Origin: an uncultured Candidatus Saccharibacteria bacterium | GTDB lineage: Bacteria; Patescibacteriota; Minisyncoccia; Phycocordibacterales; UBA2100 | Assembly (NCBI GenBank): GCA_964584225.1 | Contig: CAZOZG010000002.1 | Location: forward strand, 5,127-69,126 | Direction: 5' to 3' | Length of the DNA stretch: 64,000 nt | Part shown: positions 1 through 8,784 of the stretch, piece after piece | How positions within the stretch are numbered: position 1 is the first letter of the stretch | How the letters are laid out: each line of letters opens with the position of its first letter | The notes under the pieces: generated by a model | Seen by the model: only the letters and a program-made list of their open reading frames with translations | What the model was told of the DNA's origin: nothing | Databases searched by the model: none | Position numbers and translations under genes: made by a program

Positions 1-1073
1 TCAAGTGCGTTGAGTTGCTGATTGAGCACCGCTTGGGAGACACCGGCGACCAAGACATACGGCGTCGTTGAGCTCGATGATGATCCAGATCCGGTGGTCG
101 GAGATGAGGATTGACCGCTGCCGCCGTTGCTATACGATCCGTTTGTTCCGGAAGTACCGGAGTTGTCTGTCGATCCCGTTCCGAACACGCGCGACGAGTC
201 AGGCGGATATTGATTTTGGGTCTGATCACTCTGAGGAGGGTACTCGGGAGGAAACGTGTATGACGTTGTCGCGATCGAGCCAACATCTGTTGTACCGTTA
301 GACCCGGGTACATAGGCAACAGGCAGGTTAGAAAGGTCGACGCCTTGCGGCGGAGCGTTGATGGCGAAAACCGTTGAAGTCGGAGAGTAGGGAATCACAA
401 ACGCTCTGACAACCGCACCGGATGTATTCGTCGAGTCAGCGGGTGCCGCAGGTAAAAAGCCACCAAAAAAAGAAAACACCGGACTCAGGTCCTGATCAAT
501 CACTCCGAAGATACCCATGACCGTACTAAAGAACCCTCCGTCACTCGCGGCAGCAACTTGCTCGTTGCGATTGGCCGATTGAGCGACAACGTTGTGATGC
601 GAGCCGACGAAGGAATAGGCCGACACCGCAAGCAAAAGCCCGACCATCCCTACGGAAATTCGATACACCCACGCAAGTTCGATTGGTCTCGCAACAATCA
701 ACGCACTGTGACCAAAATCGCTTGGTCGATAAAAGCCTGGTTCGGAGCTTAACGAAATTGCAAAAAACTCAACGTCAGGCCGAAGGTTGGAAGGCAAATT
801 TATTTCCTTCGGCACACCGATGTCCCAGCCGCGATACTCAAGTTTGCGCGATTCCGAAAGCGCCTGAGCTCGCTGCGCACGTGCAGAATCGTGATTAGCA
901 AGAAACGTATCAAAGGAGGCTCGCTCGATGTACCATTTTTTTCCAACTTGACGCGCAACAAGATTTCCTTGTTTGCAAAGTTTTATGATGTAATCACGAG
1001 AAAGATCCGACGTACTCGAGGCAACGCCGGCAGGTAGGTATTCCACGCCGTTAAAAAAAATTGATTCGTCCAT
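1..1073 (-). CDS. 5' part of a large membrane-anchored protein: N-terminal excisionase/HTH_17-like domain, TM helix, S/T/G-rich extracellular region (runs off the window edge)
   Basis: Not in the ORF track. Manual translation from ATG 1073 is open to position 3 (>=357 aa): MDESIFFNGVEYLPAGVASSTSDLSRDYIIKLCKQGNLVARQVGKKWYIE..., TM ISVGMVGLLLAVSAYSFVG, then S/G/T-rich ...GVSQAVLNQQLNAL. The N-terminus is paralogous to the repeats of 1455..2444. Confidence 0.85.
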   Translation of the reverse strand, partial: MDESIFFNGVEYLPAGVASSTSDLSRDYIIKLCKQGNLVARQVGKKWYIERASFDTFLANHDSARAQRAQALSESRKLEYRGWDIGVPKEINLPSNLRPDVEFFAISLSSEPGFYRPSDFGHSALIVARPIELAWVYRISVGMVGLLLAVSAYSFVGSHHNVVAQSANRNEQVAAASDGGFFSTVMGIFGVIDQDLSPVFSFFGGFLPAAPADSTNTSGAVVRAFVIPYSPTSTVFAINAPPQGVDLSNLPVAYVPGSNGTTDVGSIATTSYTFPPEYPPQSDQTQNQYPPDSSRVFGTGSTDNSGTSGTNGSYSNGGSGQSSSPTTGSGSSSSSTTPYVLVAGVSQAVLNQQLNAL

Positions 1074-1454
1074 GTAATCCGTCGGGAGAGAATTGACCGT
1101 GTCCGGATTACCTATATTTTACTAGCTATTTTAGCTATGACGTTCGTTTTTTATTAAATACGTTGTGGATAGAGCAAGAATACAAAATTCCGAGTGTAGA
1201 GAAGGAATTTACATTAAGAAAAAAAATGAAATCAATGCAAAATATATCGGGTAATCGAGATCCGAAGATTATCTAATAAATAATAGATATCTCGGGCAGA
1301 TTGCGCCGAAAAAGATCAAATGGCGAGAGCAGATTCAGAATTCAACATCAAAACGATCCACTTTGGGTCTTTATTTTAGTACTTGGATCAAAATCTGCCT
1401 CAGCAATGCACTTCTCGGATACGCGAGAATCGTTTTTAAAGCAGATATCGGCAA

Positions 1455-2444
1455 TTATAGTGATCTGTAAAACGAGATTTCTGGTGACATTACCCTCTCT
1501 ACGGATGCCACAAAGTTCTCATACGGGCTCATTTGCCTGGCAGCAGGAGCACTAGTTGAAGCAGGCTGTACGTTGCTCGTAACGGCACGATGTAGCAACT
1601 TTAGCCCGGCGAAACCGACAAACAGCGCAACTAGTACTCCAAATAATATTGTGTGCAAATAGTTAAACGTAAATTTAACCGTGGCGACTTTCTTTTTTGC
1701 TTTTGTGGTCACCCGTTGTTCTTCGGCAGGAACCTCTACTGGGCGAGGGCGTGTTTCTATTGGACGCGTTTTCGTTCTAAGATCAAGTCTTTTTCTATCA
1801 TCATCCACATCCCAGGTTCGTGATCGGCGTATTTCCGCGTCGCGCAATTCATCAGACTGTGGTTTTGTTTCAGTAATATCTTTCTTTACATCTGGAATTA
1901 ATTCTTTTTTGTCCTCTACGTAGCGCAGTCGTGTAACTGACTGCGTCGTGGAATTCTCGTCTTGAGATAAGCTTGTCGTAATTTTTTTTGCAATACCAAC
2001 TGATTGCGCTTGCACCGCTGCCAGAAGTGCATCCTTTTCTTGCTTATGAGCGACGATTCGAGCGCGATCGACGTACCAGCGATTACCTACCTGCTGCGAG
2101 GGAATTGTGTTTGCGCGTGCAAGCTGACCCACGTAATCCGAATTATAGCCAGTAATCTCCGCTGCTTTTGCGGCCGAGACATATTCGGTACCGTCAAACG
2201 AAATGACGGACTCGGCGCTTTTGTCCGTCGCAGGTGGTGGTATTGTACGCGCACGAGATTCGGAATTTGTTTTATACGATTGAAGTGATTGCATCGATAC
2301 ATACCACAGTCCCCCAATGCGTTTTGCTTCTATAAATCCTCCCCTCGCCAGTTGGCCTATGTAATCTTGCGCGTACCCAGAAAGCTCCGCCGCCTTTTTT
2401 GAGAGGACGTACTCTTTACCCTCAAGAGTAACAGAGTCAGACAT
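1455..2444 (-). CDS. Tandem excisionase/HTH_17-like domain protein with C-terminal TM helix
   Basis: Two internal repeats (EY..S..AAE..GY..DY.GQLAR......G..WYV); hydrophobic helix ILFGVLVALFVGFAGL; TATACT 7 nt upstream of ATG. Confidence 0.8.
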   Translation of the reverse strand: MSDSVTLEGKEYVLSKKAAELSGYAQDYIGQLARGGFIEAKRIGGLWYVSMQSLQSYKTNSESRARTIPPPATDKSAESVISFDGTEYVSAAKAAEITGYNSDYVGQLARANTIPSQQVGNRWYVDRARIVAHKQEKDALLAAVQAQSVGIAKKITTSLSQDENSTTQSVTRLRYVEDKKELIPDVKKDITETKPQSDELRDAEIRRSRTWDVDDDRKRLDLRTKTRPIETRPRPVEVPAEEQRVTTKAKKKVATVKFTFNYLHTILFGVLVALFVGFAGLKLLHRAVTSNVQPASTSAPAARQMSPYENFVASVERVMSPEISFYRSL

Positions 2445-2509
2445 GCCGAGAAGTATACGGCCGTGCCGAGATTCTGCAACCTCGGTAAGCGATACCGGTT
2501 TATATTCCG

Positions 2510-3946
2510 CTATTTCTCGCCTCGGATTCTTGCCTCGATTATTGAGCGGAGCATCGCCGGGTTTGCCGCACCCTTTGTAGCTTTCATTGCTTGACCAACA
2601 AGAAACTGAAGGGCGGCAACCTTACCCGATCGTAGATCAACGAGCACTTTTTCGTTTTGCTGAAAGACATTGTCTATGACATTTTCTAAAGCCTTTACGT
2701 CCTGCAGTTGAAGCAAACCTTTTTCGTTTGCAACCTTCTCAGGATTCTGGTCTCCTTCAACGCATACTAATAGTATGTCCTTCGCAGAGCGGGAAGAAAG
2801 CTTTCCTTCATCTATCATCCGAGTCAAAACCACAAAATTACGGGGCGATATGCCTATATCGGCTTTATATCCTGAATCTCGATTCTCGGCTTCTCGGATG
2901 ATACTCACTAAATCATTTGCAATGTAGTTTGAAGCTAGTTGAACCAACTTAGTGTTACCCTCAAGGAGCTGTAACACATTTTCCACGAACTTGGCAAGTA
3001 CGGGTTCGCGTACATACAGGTCCGCGTCTTCTTTTTTCACTCCACGCTTTGTGTAGCGATCTCTTCTTTGCCACGGCAACTCGGGCATTGAATTCTTCAA
3101 CGTAAGAAACTCGCCCACTTCCGAAAGTTTCAGGCTTGGCAAATCTGGATCCGGAAAATATCGATAATCGGCGCTCCCCTCTTTCGTACGTTGCGGGAAC
3201 GTCGCCTGTTTACCTTCGTCCCAGCCGCGAGTCTCTTGCATCACTTGTTCTCCTTTTTCCAATGCAGCGATCTGGCGTTTGATTTCGTATTCGACTGCGC
3301 GCTCCATTGCACGAAATGAATTGAGATTTTTTATTTCAACTTTCGTGCCAAGCTGCTCACCTTTGCTGACTGAGACATTCGCTTCTACACGCATTTCACC
3401 TTTTTCCATGTTTGCTTCTGACACATCCAACGTTCGCAGCAGCAATTGCAGCTCGCGCGCAAACGCTCCGGCCTCTTCGGACGAGTATACGACGGGCTCT
3501 GTCACGAGTTCCATCAAAGGCACGCCGGCACGATTGTAATCAACTGTCGTCGTGCCCGTCGCCTCGTCGTGGAGTGAACTGGCCGTATCTTCTTCAAGGT
3601 GAACGCGGGTGATCTGCACACCACGCAGCTCCCCCCCACTCACCAATGGGTACTCATACTGTGAAAGTTGGTAGCCTTTGGGAAGATCGGGATAAAAGTA
3701 GTTTTTGCGGTCGAATTCGGTGTAGTCAACAAGCTTTCCCCCAAGTGCAATCCCTACCCGTAGCACGCTTTTCACCGCTTCCCTGTTGATCACCGGCAAC
3801 GTCCCAGGATGCGCCATGCAGACGGGACAAATATTTACATTCGGTTTCGATTCATCGGGATCATTTTTGGAATCGCAAAACATTTTCGTCTGCGTCTTCA
3901 GTTCTGCATGTATTTCGAGCCCTATCGTGGGTACGTATTCGCTCAT
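2510..3946 (-). CDS. gatB: Asp/Glu-tRNA(Asn/Gln) amidotransferase subunit B
   Basis: IGLEIHAEL, FDRKNYFYPDLPKGYQ, HLEED, DYNRAGVPLMELVTEP, DYRYFPDPDLP; start moved to ATG 3946 (MSEYVPTIGLE). Confidence 0.97.
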   Translation of the reverse strand: MSEYVPTIGLEIHAELKTQTKMFCDSKNDPDESKPNVNICPVCMAHPGTLPVINREAVKSVLRVGIALGGKLVDYTEFDRKNYFYPDLPKGYQLSQYEYPLVSGGELRGVQITRVHLEEDTASSLHDEATGTTTVDYNRAGVPLMELVTEPVVYSSEEAGAFARELQLLLRTLDVSEANMEKGEMRVEANVSVSKGEQLGTKVEIKNLNSFRAMERAVEYEIKRQIAALEKGEQVMQETRGWDEGKQATFPQRTKEGSADYRYFPDPDLPSLKLSEVGEFLTLKNSMPELPWQRRDRYTKRGVKKEDADLYVREPVLAKFVENVLQLLEGNTKLVQLASNYIANDLVSIIREAENRDSGYKADIGISPRNFVVLTRMIDEGKLSSRSAKDILLVCVEGDQNPEKVANEKGLLQLQDVKALENVIDNVFQQNEKVLVDLRSGKVAALQFLVGQAMKATKGAANPAMLRSIIEARIRGEK

Positions 3947-4021
3947 TACACAGTACTGTAGCAATTCGCCCTCTTGCCAACAAGCGCTGGCCCTGCGTTT
4001 GCGACGCGCTAAAATAGACGC

Positions 4022-4939
4022 ATGCGAGATTTGTCGCGATTGCAATGCGCCTTACTGACCTTGAGTGCATTCGTATCGTTTGCGTGTATCCTCCCCGCCC
4101 CGACATGGGCGATCACCTGCGCGGCATCAGGCTTTACCGATATCGGCGGTGGCGTTTGTCGCGGATTTCTTACATCCGGCACTTCGTGGACGGTCCCAAC
4201 AGACTGGGACTCGTCCAACAACTATGTCGAGGTTATCGGTGGCGGTGGTAACGGTGGCGACTCCTCAGGATCTGCTCATGCGCAGGGCAGCGGTGGTGGA
4301 GGCGGGGGGTACTCAAAAACTTCAAATGTCAGCCTCACCACGGGGAATTCTGTAACGTATCAGGTCGGCGCTGCGACCGGCGATACTATTTTTAATGGTA
4401 CCGGCGCAACCTGCGATGGCTCGCAAACGTCCGAGGTATGCGCGAAAGGAGGAGGGACCGGGTTCGCATGGAATAACGGTGGCAGCATTGGAAGTTTCGG
4501 AGCCGGAGGGGCCGCCTCCGGCGGCGTCGGTACAACGAAACATTCGGGGGGAAACGGGGCCCTCGGAGTCGTTAATGGCAGCGGTGGTGGCGGAGGCGGA
4601 GCAGGCGGACTCAATGGTGACGGAAACGGCGGGTCGGGTGGCACCGGCGGTTCGGGTGATGCGGGTTCTGGCGGCGCAGCCGGAAGTGGGGCGGGTACGG
4701 AGTGGGATGGGTCGCACGGCTCAGGTGGTGGCGGCAACACAGTGATCGGCACATGTTTTAGTTCTCCTGGCGGCAACGGAGGAAACTACGGCGGTGGCGC
4801 AGCTGCTGGCACCTGTACCGCCGGAGGATCAGGAGCATCAGGCTTGATTGCGATCACGTACACGGCACTAGTACCTGCTCCTCGCATTATTCACCTCAAG
4901 GGCGGCCTGCGGCTTCGCGGCGGAGTGCGGTTTCGATAG
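4022..4939 (+). CDS. Secreted glycine-rich protein
   Basis: Signal-peptide-like N-terminus, FLTSGTSWTVP..VEVIGGGGNGG glycine-rich domain ending G.G.SGLIAITY; TAAAAT 6 nt upstream of ATG. Confidence 0.8.
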   Translation: MRDLSRLQCALLTLSAFVSFACILPAPTWAITCAASGFTDIGGGVCRGFLTSGTSWTVPTDWDSSNNYVEVIGGGGNGGDSSGSAHAQGSGGGGGGYSKTSNVSLTTGNSVTYQVGAATGDTIFNGTGATCDGSQTSEVCAKGGGTGFAWNNGGSIGSFGAGGAASGGVGTTKHSGGNGALGVVNGSGGGGGGAGGLNGDGNGGSGGTGGSGDAGSGGAAGSGAGTEWDGSHGSGGGGNTVIGTCFSSPGGNGGNYGGGAAAGTCTAGGSGASGLIAITYTALVPAPRIIHLKGGLRLRGGVRFR

Positions 4940-4943
4940 CAAC

Positions 4944-5519
4944 ATGACACGATTTTTCGTCGCGCTCATCGTGATTACAGCGGCTATCGTGGGAGCCTTG
5001 CTTGTACTCCACCAACCTTCCACGCTCACATCTCTACGCTCAGTCAACGAAGCGTCGTCAACAGCGTCCACGACTGCAAGCTCGACGACGAACACCATGG
5101 CGGCAGAAAGAGCAGTCCCACCAGGTACTACCCTCTTCGAAAATGCCCAGTACCACTTTTCTCTTTTCTATCCGACAGAGCTTGCGGTCACGGAATATCC
5201 CGAGCAAGGAGGCGGACGCTCGTTCAGCTTCGAAAATAAAGACGAAAGTCAGGGATTTGAAATTTATGCGTTTCCCTACAGCGATACACAAATCACACAA
5301 AAACGCTTTCTGACGGACGAACCCTCAGGTGTGCGACAACAACCGAATGACGTTGTGATCGATGGCGTAAAAGCGACAATGTTCTTCGGAAATAATGCGA
5401 TTATGGGTGACACGCGTGAAGTGTGGTTCATCAAAAATGGATATCTGTACGAATTGACCACTTATAAATCACTCGATTCGTGGCTCGGCAGTATCATGCA
5501 GACCTGGAAGTTTATCTAA
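4944..5519 (+). CDS. Membrane-anchored PsbP/Mog1p-like domain protein
   Basis: N-terminal TM, S/T linker, Y.FSLFYP, IDG..A, 'IMQTWKF' C-terminus typical of PsbP-related proteins. Confidence 0.7.
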   Translation: MTRFFVALIVITAAIVGALLVLHQPSTLTSLRSVNEASSTASTTASSTTNTMAAERAVPPGTTLFENAQYHFSLFYPTELAVTEYPEQGGGRSFSFENKDESQGFEIYAFPYSDTQITQKRFLTDEPSGVRQQPNDVVIDGVKATMFFGNNAIMGDTREVWFIKNGYLYELTTYKSLDSWLGSIMQTWKFI

Positions 5520-5600
5520 CGACCTTCCGCACTTTCAACTCAGCGTGTATCTCGAGCCCTATAGTCGGAATGTATTCAGCCATCACACTACTGTATCACT

Positions 5601-5924
5601 TCAAAACACCCACGGCCAAATAAAGACAACGAAAGCCACGATCGGAAGTATTGAATAGAGTATTGTTTTACCTATGATAATCTTGTTGCCAACCTTAAAG
5701 GACTCAATTATCGACCAGAGAAGAGCCGCTGGTACTCCGAGCGCGACGATGAGAATTGTTGCGATGAGCGGGACCGCGAGAAAAAATCCCAAAGCTTCCG
5801 TTTGCATTTCAAATTGTTGGATCGCCTGGGAACTCGCCTCAGTATAACCTAATAGCGACCAGGCCAGTACATAGAGTCCAGCGATAGCGTTTACGCGATT
5901 TAAAATAGTGAGACCGCTAACCAT
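5601..5924 (-). CDS. Small hypothetical membrane protein (about 3 TM)
   Basis: 107-aa hydrophobic ORF filling the gap downstream of secA; TAATAT 6 nt upstream. Confidence 0.6.
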   Translation of the reverse strand: MVSGLTILNRVNAIAGLYVLAWSLLGYTEASSQAIQQFEMQTEALGFFLAVPLIATILIVALGVPAALLWSIIESFKVGNKIIIGKTILYSILPIVAFVVFIWPWVF

Positions 5925-5946
5925 CTCGCAATATTAGCACGCAAAG

Positions 5947-8451
5947 TTAGCCAGAAATCGATTCGTGGGTGACGATCCGCCACTCGCCTGTCGCGATCAT
6001 GGGCTCTGCTTTTTTGAATTTCATCTCGAGCGTTTCTTTGCCATTCGTAATCTTCACTTTGTCGTTGCGGCCAAACGCGCGAGACGTCACTCCACCTGAG
6101 CCCGCAGTGATCGCTTGCGCCGCTTTTTGAACAGCCGCAGCTTCACGTGGTGGCGAGCTTTGTCCGCCAATACCGGGCAGCACATGTTCGATCTGCATCG
6201 AATACGTGATTTCCATGTTTTTGAAGAGTCGCAGACCTTCTTTCTTGTATTCCACCAAGGGATCGCGCTGTCCGTAGGCGCGAAGATTGACTGAACTGCG
6301 CAAGTATTCCATCGCTTCCAGATGCTCGACCCACAGCATATCGACGGTCTGCAATAGGAAACGGCGAACGAGCGGATAGAATGACGCGCCAAGCTCTGAT
6401 TTTTTCTTCTCGACAGACACTTTGATGTTTTCGTTGGTCTCAGACAATTGTGCGAGTTCCTGATCGACAGCAGCATCACCACCCGTGAGAAGCGCGCGGC
6501 GGCGTCCGTAGACGCTTTTACGTTGCACGCTCAAGACGTCGTCATACGCCAAGACGTGCTTTCGGGAATCAAAGTTGAGCTCTTCGATCTTCTGCTGCGC
6601 CTTTTCGAGCGAGCGCGTGATCATCGAATTCGCGATCGGCTCGTCTTCAGGGATTTTGAATGTGCCCATCACTCGCTTAATCATGTCGGAAGCGAACACA
6701 CGCATAAGAGAATCTTCCAGTGAAACGTAGAATTGTGTCTCACCCGGGTCGCCCTGGCGGCCGGAGCGTCCACGGAGTTGGTTGTCGATACGTCGAGCTT
6801 CGTGCCGCTCGGTACCCAAGACAAAGAGCCCGCCGATATTTTTGATTTGCTCGTATGCGCTCTGCGGCGCGGGGTTGCCGCCAAGTTTGATGTCGACGCC
6901 ACGGCCGGCCATGTTGGTCGCGATCGTGACACCACCCGGTTTACCTGCTTGTGCAATGATTTCGCCTTCACGTTCGTGATTTTTCGCGTTCAAAATCTCG
7001 TGCGGAATCCCCTCTTGCTTGAAGTGAGCGCTCAGCATCTCGTTCTTTTCGACGGAGACGGTGCCTACCAAGACGGGCTGCCCTTTCTCGTGCAGCTTTT
7101 TCACTTTGTGAGCAATTGCTTTCATTTTGCCCGCTTCGGTTTGGAAAATCAGGTCGTCGGAATCTTTTCGCTGCGGAGAGATGTTGGTCGGTACGACGAC
7201 AGTATTGAGTCCGTAGACCTTGAAAAATTCTTCGGAGCTCGTGATGGCGGTACCAGTCATGCCGGCGAGCTTCGCATAGAGGCGGAAATAATTTTGGAAG
7301 GTAATTGATGCAAAAGTACGACTCTCTTGCTGAATGCGAACTCCTTCCTTGGCCTCAATTGCTTGGTGTAAACCCTCGCTCCACCGTCTCCCGGGTTGAA
7401 GTCGGCCGGTAAATTCATCGACAATGACAATCTCACCGTCTCGGACGACGTATTCTTTGTCGAGACGATACAGGGCTTGCGCGCGCACGGCCGTCTCGAG
7501 GTGGTGTACGTATTTGATGCCGGCGTCGGTGTAGATGTTGTCCAAACCAAGCGCTTTCTCAGCTTTTTCGATTCCTGCGTCAGAGAGCTGGATCTGCTTG
7601 TGCTTTTCATCAACCTCGTAATCTGTTTCTGGATTCAGTGTTTTCGCGATTGCGGCAAATCGATCGTAGAGCGATTCCGCGTCGGCGACTGGCGCCGATA
7701 TAATGAGGGGCGTGCGTGCTTCGTCGATCAAGATCGAGTCGATTTCGTCGACGATTGCGTAATGATACTCTCGCTGGCGGAGATTTTGTGGTTCATATTC
7801 CAAGTTGTCGCGCAAATAATCGAAACCGTATTCGTTGTTCGTACCGTATGTAATGTCTGCGGCATAGCTTTCGCGGCGCGTGCACGGCTTGAGGAAATCA
7901 TGCATGACCTTGAAGCCGCCGAGCTCTTCGCGTTCTTTCTCGTCGACTGCGTGCGTCGGGTCGTAGATATACGACGCTTCGTGATTAATGACGCCAACGC
8001 TCATCCCAAGCGCGTAGTAGATCTGCCCCATCCACACCGCGTCGCGGCGAGAGAGGTAGTCGTTGACCGTGACGACATGCACACCCTTTGCCATCAACGC
8101 GTTGAGGTACGCAGGGAGAGTCGCGACCAGTGTCTTACCTTCGCCAGTGCGCATCTCGGCAATGTCGCCATTATGAAGAATCATGCCGCCGATGAGCTGC
8201 ACATCGAAGTGTCGCTGCCCAAGCGTCCGACGCGATGCTTCGCGGACCGCTGCGAATGCCTCTGGGGCCAAATCATCTAAGGTCTCGCCCGCGGAGATTC
8301 GATTGCGAAATTTGTGTGTCAGTGCCTTCAGCTCATCGTCGGAAAGTGTCTTGAATTTCTCTTCAAGCGCATTCACTTTCGCGACAATTGGCTCCGCCTT
8401 CTTGAAGGCAGCTGTATTCTCATCACCAACCAATCGCTTCCAAAATGCCAT
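5947..8451 (-). CDS. secA: Preprotein translocase ATPase SecA
   Basis: MRTGEGKT, VVTVNDYL, IVDEIDSILIDEARTPLIIS, ATNMAGRG, RRIDNQLRGRSGRQGDPG; the C-terminal GRND lacks the SEC-C cysteines. Confidence 0.98.
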   Translation of the reverse strand: MAFWKRLVGDENTAAFKKAEPIVAKVNALEEKFKTLSDDELKALTHKFRNRISAGETLDDLAPEAFAAVREASRRTLGQRHFDVQLIGGMILHNGDIAEMRTGEGKTLVATLPAYLNALMAKGVHVVTVNDYLSRRDAVWMGQIYYALGMSVGVINHEASYIYDPTHAVDEKEREELGGFKVMHDFLKPCTRRESYAADITYGTNNEYGFDYLRDNLEYEPQNLRQREYHYAIVDEIDSILIDEARTPLIISAPVADAESLYDRFAAIAKTLNPETDYEVDEKHKQIQLSDAGIEKAEKALGLDNIYTDAGIKYVHHLETAVRAQALYRLDKEYVVRDGEIVIVDEFTGRLQPGRRWSEGLHQAIEAKEGVRIQQESRTFASITFQNYFRLYAKLAGMTGTAITSSEEFFKVYGLNTVVVPTNISPQRKDSDDLIFQTEAGKMKAIAHKVKKLHEKGQPVLVGTVSVEKNEMLSAHFKQEGIPHEILNAKNHEREGEIIAQAGKPGGVTIATNMAGRGVDIKLGGNPAPQSAYEQIKNIGGLFVLGTERHEARRIDNQLRGRSGRQGDPGETQFYVSLEDSLMRVFASDMIKRVMGTFKIPEDEPIANSMITRSLEKAQQKIEELNFDSRKHVLAYDDVLSVQRKSVYGRRRALLTGGDAAVDQELAQLSETNENIKVSVEKKKSELGASFYPLVRRFLLQTVDMLWVEHLEAMEYLRSSVNLRAYGQRDPLVEYKKEGLRLFKNMEITYSMQIEHVLPGIGGQSSPPREAAAVQKAAQAITAGSGGVTSRAFGRNDKVKITNGKETLEMKFKKAEPMIATGEWRIVTHESISG

Positions 8452-8493
8452 TGTCGCACCATCCTACCGCAAAGCGAGCGTTTTAGCGATATT

Positions 8494-8522
8494 AAAAAAA
8501 TAATCCCGGCTCTCGCCGGGAT
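8494..8522 (-). terminator. Intrinsic terminator after the 13-aa basic ORF
   Basis: Stem ATCCCGGC/GCCGGGAT with a 4-nt loop, followed on the minus strand by TATTTTTTT. Confidence 0.8.
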
Positions 8523-8535
8523 CATTTGCGATGCG

Positions 8536-8577
8536 CTAGCGGCGCTTCTTCTTGCCCTTCTTCTTTTTCTTTGCCAT
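8536..8577 (-). CDS. Putative 13-aa Lys/Arg-rich micropeptide MAKKKKKGKKKRR
   Basis: ATG GCA AAG AAA AAG AAG AAG GGC AAG AAG AAG CGC CGC TAG; codon-periodic AAG repeat; own terminator directly downstream; too short for the ORF track. Confidence 0.6.
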   Translation of the reverse strand: MAKKKKKGKKKRR

Positions 8578-8665
8578 ATCGTGATCGCGATCACTAGAGA
8601 CTAATTTCGACCCGCACGCTCGTCACCGAAGTGCGATGATGCGTCTTTCTCTTTCATTATTGCAC

Positions 8666-8709
8666 TGCGCGCACGGAAAAAATTTTTTTCCGTGCGCGCA
8701 TGTGGATAA
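8666..8709. promoter_or_regulatory. 35-bp palindrome abutting a consensus DnaA box
   Basis: TGCGCGCACGGAAAAAA-T-TTTTTTCCGTGCGCGCA (8666-8700) followed by TGTGGATAA (reverse complement of TTATCCACA, 8701-8709). Confidence 0.6.
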
Positions 8710-8784
8710 CTTTTATTTTTTGAAGATGCGCGCAACGACACATTGCAAAGCACCCGCGCGAGCTCCAAATTCCTTTGCAAAGAA

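Noticed and set aside
68-898. Short plus-strand ORFs at the left edge
   Set aside because: Explained by the open minus-strand HTH-TM gene.
1455-2444. Prophage excisionase
   Set aside because: TM-anchored, with no integrase or phage genes nearby.
3947-4045. Extended N-terminus of gatB (and similar extensions at 22330, 24576, 34068, 49555, 58197)
   Set aside because: Extensions overlap neighbouring genes; family motifs and -10 boxes support the downstream starts.
4230-4850. GGC/GGT-rich repeats as CRISPR or tandem array
   Set aside because: Glycine codons of a coding region; no constant repeat-spacer period.
7396-8280. 294-aa ORF opposite secA (and the similar 298-aa ORF at 21134..22030)
   Set aside because: Mirror frames of conserved genes.
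8601-8784. Replication origin at DnaA box/palindrome; 168-aa ORF 8601..9107
   Set aside because: Single box, no dnaA/dnaN or box cluster; the ORF is an alternate frame of the ligase gene running through the palindrome.
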